The position numbers and the translations under genes were made by a program. Positions 19,595 through 28,798 of a stretch of DNA of 64,000 bases are shown one piece after another. Source of the DNA: Thermoanaerobaculia bacterium. GTDB lineage: Bacteria > Acidobacteriota > Thermoanaerobaculia > Gp7-AA8. The notes beneath the pieces were generated by a model. It did no database searches and was not told the origin of the DNA. It saw only the letters and a program-made list of their open reading frames with translations. Position 1 is the first letter of the stretch. Every line of letters begins with the position of its first letter. Location of the stretch: the NCBI GenBank assembly GCA_035544675.1, contig DATKCA010000283.1:2097-66096 (forward strand). Direction: 5' to 3'.

Positions 19595-20664
19595 CCTGGT
19601 CCTTCGATCCGCGGCTGGCGCGAGCCTCCACGATTCCCTCCGGCTACTACACCGATCCGGACGTGCTCCGCCTGGAGAAGCGGAACATCTTCGAGAAGAC
19701 GTGGCAGCTCGTCGGGAGCGCCGAGCAGGTATCCGAGCCCGGCCGCTACTTCACAGCAGTGATCGGCGATGAGCCCGTGCTGATCACGCGGAGCGGCGAC
19801 GGCGCGATTCAGGCGATGTCGAACGTCTGCCGTCACCGCGCCGGTCCCGTGGCCAGGGGGGAGGGAAAGCGCAGCTCGATCCAGTGCCGCTACCACGGCT
19901 GGACGTACTCCCTCGACGGCCATCTGCTCGGCACTCCGGAGATGGACGGCATCGAGTGTTTCGATCGCTCGGAGATCGCCCTGCCGCGATTCCGCGCCGA
20001 GGAGTGGAACGGGCTCCTCTTCGTGACCCTCGACCCCGGCGCCCCCTCACTCCTGGAGTGCTTCGGCGGTCTCGCGGACGACATGCCGAAGAACGACTTC
20101 AGCGGCTTCCGCCTCGCCGCGCGCAAGGAGTGGGAGCTCGCGTGCAACTGGAAGGTGTACGTCGACAACTACCTCGAGGGCTATCACATCCCGATCGTGC
20201 ATCCCGGTCTGTTTCGCGAGCTCGACTATCCGAATTACCGCACCGAGACGAAGGGAAGCCATTCCATTCAGTTCGCGCCGGCGAAGGAAGGGCGCATCAG
20301 GCTCGTGGAGGGGCGAGAGAGCGAGGTCCGCTACTTCTGGCTTTACCCCAACCTGATGTTGAACGTCTATCCGGACAACTTCTCCACGAACCTGATCGTG
20401 CCGCTGGATCACGCGCGGACCCGGACCGTGTTCGAGTGGTACTTCCGGGACCCCGAATCGAAGCGCGTGAAGGACGAGCTTGCCGAGACCGTGGCGTTCA
20501 GCGATGAGATTCAGCTGGAGGACATCGAGATCTGCCAGGACGTGCAGCGCGGCCTGCAGTCGTCGACCTACGAGAGCGGGCGCTATTCGCCGGTGCGTGA
20601 GAACGGCGTCCATCACTTTCACGGGCTGTACGCCGCTTCGATGGAGCTCCGGCGGGAGGAATGA
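19591..20664 (+). CDS. Rieske [2Fe-2S] non-haem iron oxygenase alpha subunit (choline monooxygenase / GbcA-like)
   Basis: Rieske motif CRHRAGPV...CRYHGW. Mononuclear-iron motif NYLEGYHIPIVHP. Start overlaps permease stop. Confidence 0.85.
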   Translation: MTWSFDPRLARASTIPSGYYTDPDVLRLEKRNIFEKTWQLVGSAEQVSEPGRYFTAVIGDEPVLITRSGDGAIQAMSNVCRHRAGPVARGEGKRSSIQCRYHGWTYSLDGHLLGTPEMDGIECFDRSEIALPRFRAEEWNGLLFVTLDPGAPSLLECFGGLADDMPKNDFSGFRLAARKEWELACNWKVYVDNYLEGYHIPIVHPGLFRELDYPNYRTETKGSHSIQFAPAKEGRIRLVEGRESEVRYFWLYPNLMLNVYPDNFSTNLIVPLDHARTRTVFEWYFRDPESKRVKDELAETVAFSDEIQLEDIEICQDVQRGLQSSTYESGRYSPVRENGVHHFHGLYAASMELRREE

Positions 20665-22466
20665 TCTCGTCCATGATCACCCTCGAGATCCTGGGATCGG
20701 TCGCGCTGCTGCTCGTCGCGGTGTACATCGTGGTGCGGCAGGTGGCATCGGTGCGCGCCGAGCGCGCCCTTCGCGAGACGAACCAGTTCGCCGCCGAGAT
20801 CATCGAGAACGCCGGCGAGGGGATCGTCGTCTACGACCGTGAGCTGCGCTACCTGCTCTGGAACCGCTTCATGGAAGACCTCACCGGCCTGCCCGCCGAC
20901 CAGGTGGTGGGAAAGAAGGCGCCGGAGATCTTTCCGCACATCCGCGAGCAGCACGTCGACGAGCTGCTGTATCGGGCCATGGAAGGGGAGACCGTTTCCT
21001 CGCCCGACATCCATTACTTCGTGCCCGGGACAGAGAGGCGGGGCTGGATATCGGCCGTCTACCGGCCGCACTACGACGCAAACGGCCACATCGCCGGGGC
21101 CATCGGTCTGATCCGCGACATCACCGAGCGAAAGACCGCCGAGCAGCAGATCGAGTTTCAGGCGTACCACGACTCGCTGACCGCACTGGCCAACCGCCGG
21201 CTCTTCCAGGAGCATCTGACGCTGGCGCTGGCGCTGGCGCAGCGGCGGAGCCGTCTGATCGCCGTGCTGTTTCTCGACCTCGATCACTTCAAGGTGGTGA
21301 ACGACTCGCTCGGCCACTCCGTCGGTGACGAGCTGCTCAAGATCGTGGGAGCGCGGCTCAAGTCCGCCGTGCGCGAAGGCGACACCGTGGCGCGAGTGGG
21401 CGGCGACGAGTTCACGATCGTGCTGCAGGACCTCCAGCACAAGGACGACGCGGTGATCGTCGCCGAGAAGGTCCTGCGCACCATCGCCGAGCCGGTCGAC
21501 GTGTCGGGGCACCGGCTCTACGTCACCACCAGCATCGGCATCACCACGTTTCCCGACGACGGCGACGACGCCGAGACGCTGATCAAGAACGCCGACAACG
21601 CCATGTATCGCGCCAAGGCCGAGGGGCGGAACACGTTTCATATGTCGACGCAGGAGCTCAACCGCTCCATGCAGGAGCGGATGACGATCGAGAGCGGCCT
21701 GCATCAGGCCATGGAGCGCAACGAGTTCGAGCTCTACTATCAGCCGCAGATCGACGTTCGCTCCATGAGAGTGGTGGGGATGGAGGCTTTGCTGCGCTGG
21801 CGTCATCCCCAGCGCGGGATCGTCGCGCCGGCGGACTTCATCGGCGTGGCCGAGGATCGCGGTTTCATCGTGCTGATCGGTGACTGGGTGCTGCGGACGG
21901 CCTGCAAGCACACCCGCTCCATCACGGCCGGCACGCCGGATCGCGACTTCCGCGTTGCTGTGAACATCTCCGCACGACAGTTCCGCGACCAGACGCTGGT
22001 GCAGCGGGTCGAGTCCGCCCTGCGTGAGTCGGGCCTCGAGCCGGGACGGCTGGAGCTGGAGATCACCGAGAGCGTGGCCATGGAAAATGTCGAGCTGACT
22101 CTCTCCGTGCTGACGCAGTTGCGGCGGCTGGGCATCCGCATCGGCCTCGACGACTTCGGCACCGGTCATTCCTCGCTCAGCTATCTCAAACGGTTTCCGC
22201 TCGACTCGCTGAAGATCGACCGCACCTTCGTCGACGACCTGCCCGACCGCTTCGAGGATGCCGCCATCGTGCGCGCCGTCATCCAGCTCGCCCAGGGGCT
22301 GAACCTGCGCGTCGTCGCGGAAGGCGTGGAGCGGCCCGAGCAGCTCGCCTTCCTCCGCGAGAACGACTGCCAGGAAGTGCAGGGCTACTACTTCGGCCAG
22401 CCGCTCCAGGCCGCGGAGTTCGAGAGACTCTTCGCGCTCGACGAAGCGGTGGCTGTGTCTCCCTGA
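20661..22466 (+). CDS. PAS-GGDEF-EAL signalling protein (c-di-GMP cyclase/phosphodiesterase)
   Basis: TM/PAS N-terminus. GGDEF motif (RVGGDEF). EAL motif (GMEALLRW...), DDFGTG. Confidence 0.9.
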   Translation: MISSMITLEILGSVALLLVAVYIVVRQVASVRAERALRETNQFAAEIIENAGEGIVVYDRELRYLLWNRFMEDLTGLPADQVVGKKAPEIFPHIREQHVDELLYRAMEGETVSSPDIHYFVPGTERRGWISAVYRPHYDANGHIAGAIGLIRDITERKTAEQQIEFQAYHDSLTALANRRLFQEHLTLALALAQRRSRLIAVLFLDLDHFKVVNDSLGHSVGDELLKIVGARLKSAVREGDTVARVGGDEFTIVLQDLQHKDDAVIVAEKVLRTIAEPVDVSGHRLYVTTSIGITTFPDDGDDAETLIKNADNAMYRAKAEGRNTFHMSTQELNRSMQERMTIESGLHQAMERNEFELYYQPQIDVRSMRVVGMEALLRWRHPQRGIVAPADFIGVAEDRGFIVLIGDWVLRTACKHTRSITAGTPDRDFRVAVNISARQFRDQTLVQRVESALRESGLEPGRLELEITESVAMENVELTLSVLTQLRRLGIRIGLDDFGTGHSSLSYLKRFPLDSLKIDRTFVDDLPDRFEDAAIVRAVIQLAQGLNLRVVAEGVERPEQLAFLRENDCQEVQGYYFGQPLQAAEFERLFALDEAVAVSP

Positions 22467-22651
22467 AGCCCCTTCAGCCTCGCAGAAGCTCGTGGTCGTC
22501 GGGACGGGGAGGAGGGATCACGTTTGCCGGCGCCGGAGAGGTGGCGCGAGAGCAGCAGGACCGGCTGCGCCGGCGCCGATGACGTCGTACTTCAACGGGA
22601 GAACGTCGTGCCGATCACGTGCCCCAAGCGGCGCCGCGATCTTCGGATGTC

Positions 22652-22879
22652 TTACTCGCCCACGATCTCGCGCCACGGAAGCTTGCGAACCAGAGTCACC
22701 TTCTCGTCGATCTCCACCTGCGTCGCTTTCTCGCCGAGGACACGTCGCAGGTACTCGACTTCGGTCGAGACGAGCTTGTTGTGTTTCGGGAGAAGGCGGA
22801 TGGCAGCGCTCTGGAGGTTGCGTTCCGAAACGGAAATGAGTTTGGGGGTTCTCTTGACCTTCTCACTCATGACGTTCAT
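22652..22879 (-). CDS. small hypothetical protein (75 aa) in low-GC islet
   Basis: ORF MNVMSEKVKRTPKLISVSERNL... Local GC clearly lower (~55%) than surroundings. No recognisable family; no obvious SD. Confidence 0.35.
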   Translation of the reverse strand: MNVMSEKVKRTPKLISVSERNLQSAAIRLLPKHNKLVSTEVEYLRRVLGEKATQVEIDEKVTLVRKLPWREIVGE

Positions 22880-22928
22880 GAAAAGGGCAACCGCCAGATT
22901 TGCCGAAACAATCCTGCGGATCAGGCCA

Positions 22929-23102
22929 TTACCGTTTTCGAGTGTTGGTGATCACACGGCTCTGTACGGCGGTGCGGAACGAGAACGCCTCCTGCACGAA
23001 CGACCGGCGCTCGGATGTGCATTCGCAGAGCGCGCAGCGGAGCCCTTCCACGTGCGCTGCGCGGGTGTGAGAACAGAGGTCGCACTTCGAGCCGGGCATG
23101 CT
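22929..23102 (-). CDS. putative 58-aa zinc-ribbon protein (CxxC...CxxC)
   Basis: Translated by hand from minus strand: MSMPGSKCDLCSHTRAAHVEGLRCALCECTSERRSFVQEAFSFRTAVQSRVITNTRKR. Below the ORF-track length cutoff. Immediately upstream of the 75-aa ORF on the same strand. Confidence 0.25.
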   Translation of the reverse strand, partial: SMPGSKCDLCSHTRAAHVEGLRCALCECTSERRSFVQEAFSFRTAVQSRVITNTRKR

Positions 23103-23217
23103 CATGGATGGTTATTTGATCAAGAGTGATGCCATAGCGGATGAGATTCTCGTCCGCGTAGAATCCGAGCCCGAAATGGAGCGTGGCGGAGCCGATTCGC
23201 TCCGCCCCGTAGAGACG

Positions 23218-23862
23218 ATGACTGAGCTCTTCGACGCCATCCGCAGCGGCGATGCCGCCGCCGTCCACTCTCTGCTCGACTCGGATCCGGGGCTTCTGGC
23301 GGGCAGGCAGAACAACGTCTCGGCGGTGATGTGGGCGATCTACAACGGCCGGAAGGAGATCGCGCGGCTGCTCGTCCAGCGCGGCGCGGACGTCTCCTTT
23401 CACGAGGCCTGCGCCCTCGGCGATGCCGAGAGAGTGGCGGCAATGCTCGAGGCCGACGCGAGCCTGCTGGACGCGAAGTCGCCGGACGGCTTTCCCGGGG
23501 TGGGCCTGGCGATCTTCTTCGGCCATCCTGGTATCGCCAGGCTCCTCATCGAGCGCGGTGCCGATGTCGCCATGCCTGCAGACAACGCCCAGCGCGTTGC
23601 GCCGGTCCACGCGGCTGCGGCTGCATGCGATCGGGAGACGATGCTTCTCCTTCTCGAGCGGGGCGCCGATCCGAATGCGCGGCAGCAGATGGACTACACG
23701 GCGCTGCACGGCGCGGCGAGCCGCGGCGACGTGGAGATGGCGAAGATGCTGATCGATCGCGGCGCGGACCGGGCGGCGCGCGGCAGCGACGGCAAGACGG
23801 TGGCCGAGGTCGCCGTCGAGCATGGACATCCGGAGTTCGCGGCGTGGCTCTCGGCCAACTAG
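23218..23862 (+). CDS. ankyrin-repeat protein
   Basis: Start at internal ATG 23218 (MTELFDAIRSGD...) to avoid overlap with opposite-strand small ORF. Five ANK repeats (..G.T.LH.AA..G....LL..GAD.N..). Confidence 0.7.
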   Translation: MTELFDAIRSGDAAAVHSLLDSDPGLLAGRQNNVSAVMWAIYNGRKEIARLLVQRGADVSFHEACALGDAERVAAMLEADASLLDAKSPDGFPGVGLAIFFGHPGIARLLIERGADVAMPADNAQRVAPVHAAAAACDRETMLLLLERGADPNARQQMDYTALHGAASRGDVEMAKMLIDRGADRAARGSDGKTVAEVAVEHGHPEFAAWLSAN

Positions 23863-23883
23863 TGAGTGAGAGGAGCGGGGGCG

Positions 23884-24990
23884 CTACGCGGTCACGCCCG
23901 TCGGGTCGAGCCGTGCGTCGGGAAACGAGCCGCGTCCGAAGAAGACGTGCTCGGCGATGGCGCGGAACGGCTGCAGGCGCAGCATCGAGCATCCCAGCTC
24001 GATGATTGCCGGGCTCCGGATCGTGGCGATGGCGCGCCGCATCCACCGGCGGGCGATGAATCGCGCGCCGAACCTGGCGCCGGTGTATTGCGCGAGCACG
24101 CGGGCGTCGCCGGAATCGAGGTAGGCGGCGATCACCTCCGCCGCGAAGGTCGAGAGGCGAATCGCTGCGTCCAGACCTCCGGCCGTGAGTGGTGAGACGG
24201 CGCCGGCTGCATCACCCGCGAGGAGTCCCCTCTGGTTTGCGATCCGGCCCAGGATTCCGTTGACCGGGATCAGCCCGCCGCGGCGCTCGATGGTCCGGGC
24301 GTTGGCAAAGGGGAGCGATTGCCGGAACGTGCGCAGCGCCTGGGCCGGGTCGAATCGCTCGCGATATCCGGCCAGTCCGACATGCGCCTCGCTGCCGTCA
24401 TCGACGACCCATGCGATGTATCCGGGTGCGAGCCGGGGGTGGAGATAGCAGTGAAGCGCCGGCTCGCCTCCGGCGGACTCGACCACGTCCTCCAGCCCGA
24501 CGAGAAACTCGCTGTTGCGGTCGAGCGAGAGGCAGCGGGCGACGGCCGAGCGCGCCCCGTCGGCGCCGGCGAGGTATCGCACGGCGCAGGTCTGTTCACG
24601 GCGGTTGCGCCGGAGGGTCAGTGCTGATCCGTCGAATGCCACGAACTCGGCGGATGGCATCCAGGTCACGCCGGCGCGGGAGCACTGCTCCAGAAGGTAG
24701 AGATAGAGCCAGCTCATGCGGCCGACGCGGAACTCGTCCTGCCCGGCCACGAGATGGAAGGGGCGGCGGGAGGGGGAGTAGAGGGTGACGTGGCGGATGG
24801 GCGCGCCGAGCTGCTCGCCGGGCAGCGGGAAGTCCTCCCACGTTTTGCGAACGAAGATGCCGGTGGTGTGCACGCCGTCGGCGACGGAGGCCTTGCGGTC
24901 GGCGAGGAGGACGCGGAGGCCGCGAGAGGCGAGGAGGCGGGAGAGGTGGAGGCCGGCCAGGCCGGCGCCGATGACGGCGACGTCGTACAT
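23884..24990 (-). CDS. FAD-dependent oxidoreductase (geranylgeranyl reductase / FixC-like family)
   Basis: Start ATG 24990: MYDVAVIGAGLAGLHLSRLLASRG (dinucleotide-binding GxGxxG), GADGARS motif. The 722-aa ORF extension upstream is antisense to fabF and rejected. Confidence 0.8.
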   Translation of the reverse strand: MYDVAVIGAGLAGLHLSRLLASRGLRVLLADRKASVADGVHTTGIFVRKTWEDFPLPGEQLGAPIRHVTLYSPSRRPFHLVAGQDEFRVGRMSWLYLYLLEQCSRAGVTWMPSAEFVAFDGSALTLRRNRREQTCAVRYLAGADGARSAVARCLSLDRNSEFLVGLEDVVESAGGEPALHCYLHPRLAPGYIAWVVDDGSEAHVGLAGYRERFDPAQALRTFRQSLPFANARTIERRGGLIPVNGILGRIANQRGLLAGDAAGAVSPLTAGGLDAAIRLSTFAAEVIAAYLDSGDARVLAQYTGARFGARFIARRWMRRAIATIRSPAIIELGCSMLRLQPFRAIAEHVFFGRGSFPDARLDPTGVTA

Positions 24991-24994
24991 GCGA

Positions 24995-25017
24995 AGTACT
25001 TTATAGCATAAAGTACG
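24995..25017. promoter_or_regulatory. AT-rich perfect palindrome GTACTTTAT-AGC-ATAAAGTAC, 5-27 nt upstream of the oxidoreductase start codon
   Basis: Read directly. 9-bp arms, AT-rich in a 68% GC genome, contains TATAAA on the transcribed strand. Typical of a dimeric repressor operator overlapping a -10 box. Confidence 0.5.
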
Positions 25018-25091
25018 CCGGTGGGCATGGGCGGTGTCTACGGGTTCTGTTACGAGAGTCAAAAGCCGGGCTCGGGCTCGGGCACGGGGAC

Positions 25092-26327
25092 TTACGCCGG
25101 CTGCGAGAAGATCAGGGTTGCGTTGGTCCCGCCGAAGCCGAACGAATTCGACAAAACGTGCTCGACCTTCTGTTCGCGAGCCTGGTTCGGGATGTAGTCG
25201 AGATCGCACTCCGGGTCGGGGAACTCGTAGTTGATCGTCGGCGGCAGGATGCCCGTCTTCAGGGCCATCGCCGCGATCGCCGATTCGAGCCCGCCGGCCG
25301 CGCCCAGGAGGTGCCCGGTCATCGACTTGGTGGAGCTGACGGCGAGCTTGTAAGCATGCTCGCCGAACACGCTCTTGATGGCGTTTGACTCGGTCTTGTC
25401 GCCCAGGGGCGTGGAGGTGCCGTGCGCGTTGATGTAGCCGATCTGATCCTTGTTCAGCTTCGAGTCGTGCAGCGCGCGCAGCATGGCCCTGGCCATGCCG
25501 TTCTCGTCCGGCGAGGTGATGTGATGCGCGTCGCTGGACATACCGTAGCCGGTCAGCTCGCAGTAGACGCGCGCGCCGCGCTTCAAGGCATGCTCGCGCT
25601 CCTCGAGGATCAGGACCCCCGACCCCTCTCCCATCACGAACCCGTCGCGCTCCAGATCCCACGGCCGCGATGCGTGTTTCGGGTCGTCGTTGCGCGTCGA
25701 CATGGCGCGCATGGCCGAGAAGCCCCCGATGGCCAGCGGCGTGATCACCGCCTCGCTGCCGCCGGCGAACATGATCTCCGCCTCGTCGCGCTGGATGATC
25801 TTGAACGCGTCGCCGATGGCGTGCGCTCCTGTGGCGCAGGCCGTGGCCGGCGCGGACGTGGGGCCCTTGCAGCCGAAGCGGATGGAGATCTGTCCCGATG
25901 CCAGGTTCACGATGAGGCCGGGGATGAAGAACGGCGAGATCCGGCTCGGGCCGCGCTCGAGCATCTTCGTGTGCATCTCTTCGATCAGAGGCAGCCCGCC
26001 GATGCCCGACCCGATGATGACGCCCATCCGCTCGCCGTCGACCTTGGGGCAATCGAGTGCGGCGTCATCGACGGCCATCTGCGCGGCGGCGATGGCGTAG
26101 TGGATGAAGCTGTCCGACTTCTTGATGTCCTTCTTCTCGATCCACTTCTCGGGCTGGAACCCGCGGACCTCGCCGGCGATCTGGCAGGCGAAGTCCTTCG
26201 GGTCGAACTTCGTGATGCGGTCGATGCTGCTCCGGCCCTCCACCAGCCCCTGCCACGTGGCATCGTTGCCGATGCCGAGGGGGGAGATCATGCCGATGCC
26301 TGTAACGACGACGCGACGCTTGCTCAA
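25092..26327 (-). CDS. fabF: beta-ketoacyl-ACP synthase II
   Basis: 411 aa. Motifs throughout (active-site Cys region ATACATGAHAIGDA; His-His: NAHGTSTPLGD, SMTGHLLGAAG). Confidence 0.95.
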   Translation of the reverse strand: MSKRRVVVTGIGMISPLGIGNDATWQGLVEGRSSIDRITKFDPKDFACQIAGEVRGFQPEKWIEKKDIKKSDSFIHYAIAAAQMAVDDAALDCPKVDGERMGVIIGSGIGGLPLIEEMHTKMLERGPSRISPFFIPGLIVNLASGQISIRFGCKGPTSAPATACATGAHAIGDAFKIIQRDEAEIMFAGGSEAVITPLAIGGFSAMRAMSTRNDDPKHASRPWDLERDGFVMGEGSGVLILEEREHALKRGARVYCELTGYGMSSDAHHITSPDENGMARAMLRALHDSKLNKDQIGYINAHGTSTPLGDKTESNAIKSVFGEHAYKLAVSSTKSMTGHLLGAAGGLESAIAAMALKTGILPPTINYEFPDPECDLDYIPNQAREQKVEHVLSNSFGFGGTNATLIFSQPA

Positions 26328-26448
26328 GTCGCTATCTCCAGAAAAAACGAATGGCCAGCTCAGTGGCCAACCTGACTACACGGGCCTTTGCTTCTTTCAT
26401 TCCCGTGCTGGTGACGACTGACTGACCTGGGGGAGGGAGGGTGTGTTC

Positions 26449-26688
26449 TTACTGTGCCTTGGCCCGCTTGTCGATGTATTCGACGGCGTCTTTCACTTTG
26501 CGGATCTTCTCGGCCTCGTCATCGGAGATCTCGACGCCGAACTCTTCCTCGAACGCCATGATCAACTCGACGGTATCGAGCGAGTCAGCACCCAGGTCTT
26601 CGACGAACGAAGCGTCGGGCGTGACTTCCTCCGCGTCGACGCCGAGCTGCTCGACGATGATGGACTTGACCCTTTCCTCTACCGACAT
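26449..26688 (-). CDS. acpP: acyl carrier protein
   Basis: 79 aa. Phosphopantetheine site [11 protein letters not shown]. Confidence 0.95.
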   Translation of the reverse strand: MSVEERVKSIIVEQLGVDAEEVTPDASFVEDLGADSLDTVELIMAFEEEFGVEISDDEAEKIRKVKDAVEYIDKRAKAQ

Positions 26689-26797
26689 CGGAATGTCCTC
26701 CTCTTCATGGGGCGCGAAACGCAGAAGCCTTTTAGCACAAACGAGGCCGATTCCAGAAAGCGTGGCGGCCCGGCAAATCGATATATTCTCGGCCCCG

Positions 26798-27100
26798 GTG
26801 CCGAAGAAGATTTTCTCCTACGAAGAAGCGGCCGCTCTCCTGCCGGCGGTCCTGACCATGACCGCCGAAGCGGTCGCCGTCGTCGACGATCTGACCGAAG
26901 ACACTCCTCCCGAGCAGTACGAGAAGGTCGTCCAGAAGTGGGCCACCGATGTCATGACTCTCGGCATCGAGGTCAAGGGGCTGTGGCTCGTCGACTTCGA
27001 CAACGGCAGCGGCTACTACTGCTGGAAGCATCCCGAGCCCTCGCTTCAGTACTTCCACGGATACGACGAGGGATTCCAGGGACGGGTGAAGCTGCAGTGA
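26798..27100 (+). CDS. DUF2203-family small protein
   Basis: C-terminal [20 protein letters not shown] resembles DUF2203 signature. Start uncertain: GTG 26798 chosen. The 26441 ORF start would run through the acpP promoter/coding region on the other strand. Confidence 0.5.
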   Translation: MPKKIFSYEEAAALLPAVLTMTAEAVAVVDDLTEDTPPEQYEKVVQKWATDVMTLGIEVKGLWLVDFDNGSGYYCWKHPEPSLQYFHGYDEGFQGRVKLQ

Positions 27101-27879
27101 CGCCGGTCAGGGCGATCGGCTTCGATCTCTGGGAAACGCTGATCACCGACACCCCCGACATGTCGAAGGCGCAGCAGCGCCTGCGGCTGGTGAGGATGGA
27201 GGAGATCCTCGTCCGGCACGGCCACGGCGCTCTGGCCGGCCGGCTCGAGCACGCCCATCGCGAGGTCTGGCATCGCTGCCACGATCTGTACTGGTCGCGG
27301 GACGAGGACATCCCCTGCCGCCGCCAGATCGAGCACCTGCTCGAAGAGCTCGGGCTCGATCCGCGATCGCTGAGTGAGAGCGCGCTGTCGGCGCTCGAAG
27401 ACGCCTACGCCACGGCGGCGGTCGAGATCCCCCCCGCCGTCGTGGACGGGGCCGCCGGCGCCCTGGCCGCGCTGAAGGATCGCGGGCTGGGGATCGGCCT
27501 GGTCAGCAATACCGGCCGCACGCCCGGCTCCGCGCTGCGGGAGATTCTCGCGCAGGCCGGCCTCGCGCAATTCATCGACGTGATGGTCTTCTCCAACGAG
27601 CACGGCGTCTGCAAGCCGCAGACTTCCATCTTCGACGAGCTTCGCCGCGGCCTCGGCACCTCCTTCAGCGAGATGCTCTTCGTGGGCGACAACACCTACG
27701 TCGACGTCTACGGAGCGCAGCGCGCCGGCATGAGAGCGATCCACTTCGACCCTCCCGTGCGGGGCACCGCAGTCGCTCCGCACGTGGAGGCGGGGGAGGA
27801 GGTCGTACCGTTTGCGCGGGTCACGAGATTGAGGGACGTCGTTGCGCTCGTCGATGAGAGGATGAAGGATGAAGGATGA
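27097..27879 (+). CDS. HAD-superfamily hydrolase
   Basis: GTG start overlapping upstream stop (GTGA). Motif I IGFDLWETL (DxD-type variant FDLW), motif III/IV K...VGDN..D. The last codons are encoded by the 27861..27900 repeat. Confidence 0.7.
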   Translation: MTPVRAIGFDLWETLITDTPDMSKAQQRLRLVRMEEILVRHGHGALAGRLEHAHREVWHRCHDLYWSRDEDIPCRRQIEHLLEELGLDPRSLSESALSALEDAYATAAVEIPPAVVDGAAGALAALKDRGLGIGLVSNTGRTPGSALREILAQAGLAQFIDVMVFSNEHGVCKPQTSIFDELRRGLGTSFSEMLFVGDNTYVDVYGAQRAGMRAIHFDPPVRGTAVAPHVEAGEEVVPFARVTRLRDVVALVDERMKDEG

Positions 27880-27900
27880 GGGATCCTTCATCCTTCATCC
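27861..27900. repeat. hairpin GATGAAGGATGAAGGATGAGG / CCTTCATCCTTCATCC (heptamer GATGAAG units)
   Basis: Perfect inverted arrangement read directly. Overlaps HAD gene 3' end and stops 4 nt before the next start. Confidence 0.8.
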
Positions 27901-27903
27901 TGT

Positions 27904-28755
27904 ATGGACAAGGAGTTCTTCTCTCTCGCCACCCGGCACTTCACGATCGAGGGCCGGTCTCGCGCCGGTCATGAGACCTGGTTCCGCATCCGCGAGCTCG
28001 GCGCGGCGCTCGACATCGGCCGCTGTCCCGATGCGATCATCAGCATGCCTCGCGTCTTCATCACCCACGCCCATCTCGACCACGCTCTGGGCATCCCTTT
28101 CTACGCCGGGCAGCGGCACCTGCAGCGCATCGCCGGCGGCTCGGTCTATGTACCCTCCGAGACCGCGGACGATTTCCGCGAGCTGATGCGCCTTCACGAG
28201 AAGCTCGAAGGGACCGGCTACGGGATCGAGATCGTCGGCGCCGAGCCTGGTCAGACCTTCCGCCTGGGCCGCACGCACGTGGTCCGGGCCCATCGCGCAA
28301 CGCATCGCGTGCCGGCGCGCGCATACGAGTTTCTGGAGGTCCGCCGCCATCTGAAGAGCGAGTTTGCCGATCTGGACGGCCCCCGCCTGGCCGCGCTGCG
28401 CCGGGCCGGAACGGAGGTGGCCGGGGAGGCGCTCCACCCGCTCCTGTTTTATACCGGGGACTCGGATCGCGGCATCCTCGAGGAGAACGAGAGGCTGTTC
28501 CTCGCGGAGGTGCTCATGATCGAGTGCTCGTTCGTCGAGGACGGCCACCAGGAACGGGCCGCCCGTTACCGGCACATCCACTTCGACGACATCGCCGCCT
28601 TCGCCGAAGCATTCGAGAACCAGCTCATCGTGCTGACGCACTTCAGCCGCCGATATTCCCGCCAGACGATTCGCGATACCATCCGGCGCCGCTGCCCGCA
28701 GCGGCTGCGCGACCGCATCCGACTGGCGCTGCCGCAACCCTTCACGCTTCTGTAG
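27904..28755 (+). CDS. MBL-fold metallo-hydrolase (RNase Z / ElaC-like short form)
   Basis: HxHxDH motif (ITHAHLDHALG) and downstream His/Asp ligands. Confidence 0.8.
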   Translation: MDKEFFSLATRHFTIEGRSRAGHETWFRIRELGAALDIGRCPDAIISMPRVFITHAHLDHALGIPFYAGQRHLQRIAGGSVYVPSETADDFRELMRLHEKLEGTGYGIEIVGAEPGQTFRLGRTHVVRAHRATHRVPARAYEFLEVRRHLKSEFADLDGPRLAALRRAGTEVAGEALHPLLFYTGDSDRGILEENERLFLAEVLMIECSFVEDGHQERAARYRHIHFDDIAAFAEAFENQLIVLTHFSRRYSRQTIRDTIRRRCPQRLRDRIRLALPQPFTLL

Positions 28756-28798
28756 CACCGGAATTGCACGTTGGTCGCGTGAGAAAGGGCAATCTCTA

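Noticed and set aside
20619-22169. 516-aa minus-strand ORF
   Set aside because: Antisense to PAS-GGDEF-EAL gene with clear GGDEF/EAL motifs.
22466-22652. Possible tRNA or small RNA in the 186-bp gap after the GGDEF-EAL gene
   Set aside because: No T-loop (GTTCRANYC) or acceptor-stem complementarity seen. Only a short CTGAAG-CCC-CTTCAG hairpin at the stop codon.
22921-23829. 302-aa minus-strand ORF
   Set aside because: Antisense to the ankyrin-repeat gene, and the ANK repeats are clear. However, a separate small CxxC ORF on the same strand at 22929-23102 (different frame) was kept as a low-confidence feature.
26441-26797. Upstream extension of the DUF2203 ORF / 26443 long ORF through HAD gene
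   Set aside because: Runs antisense through acpP and its promoter. Ser/Thr-rich low-complexity translation.
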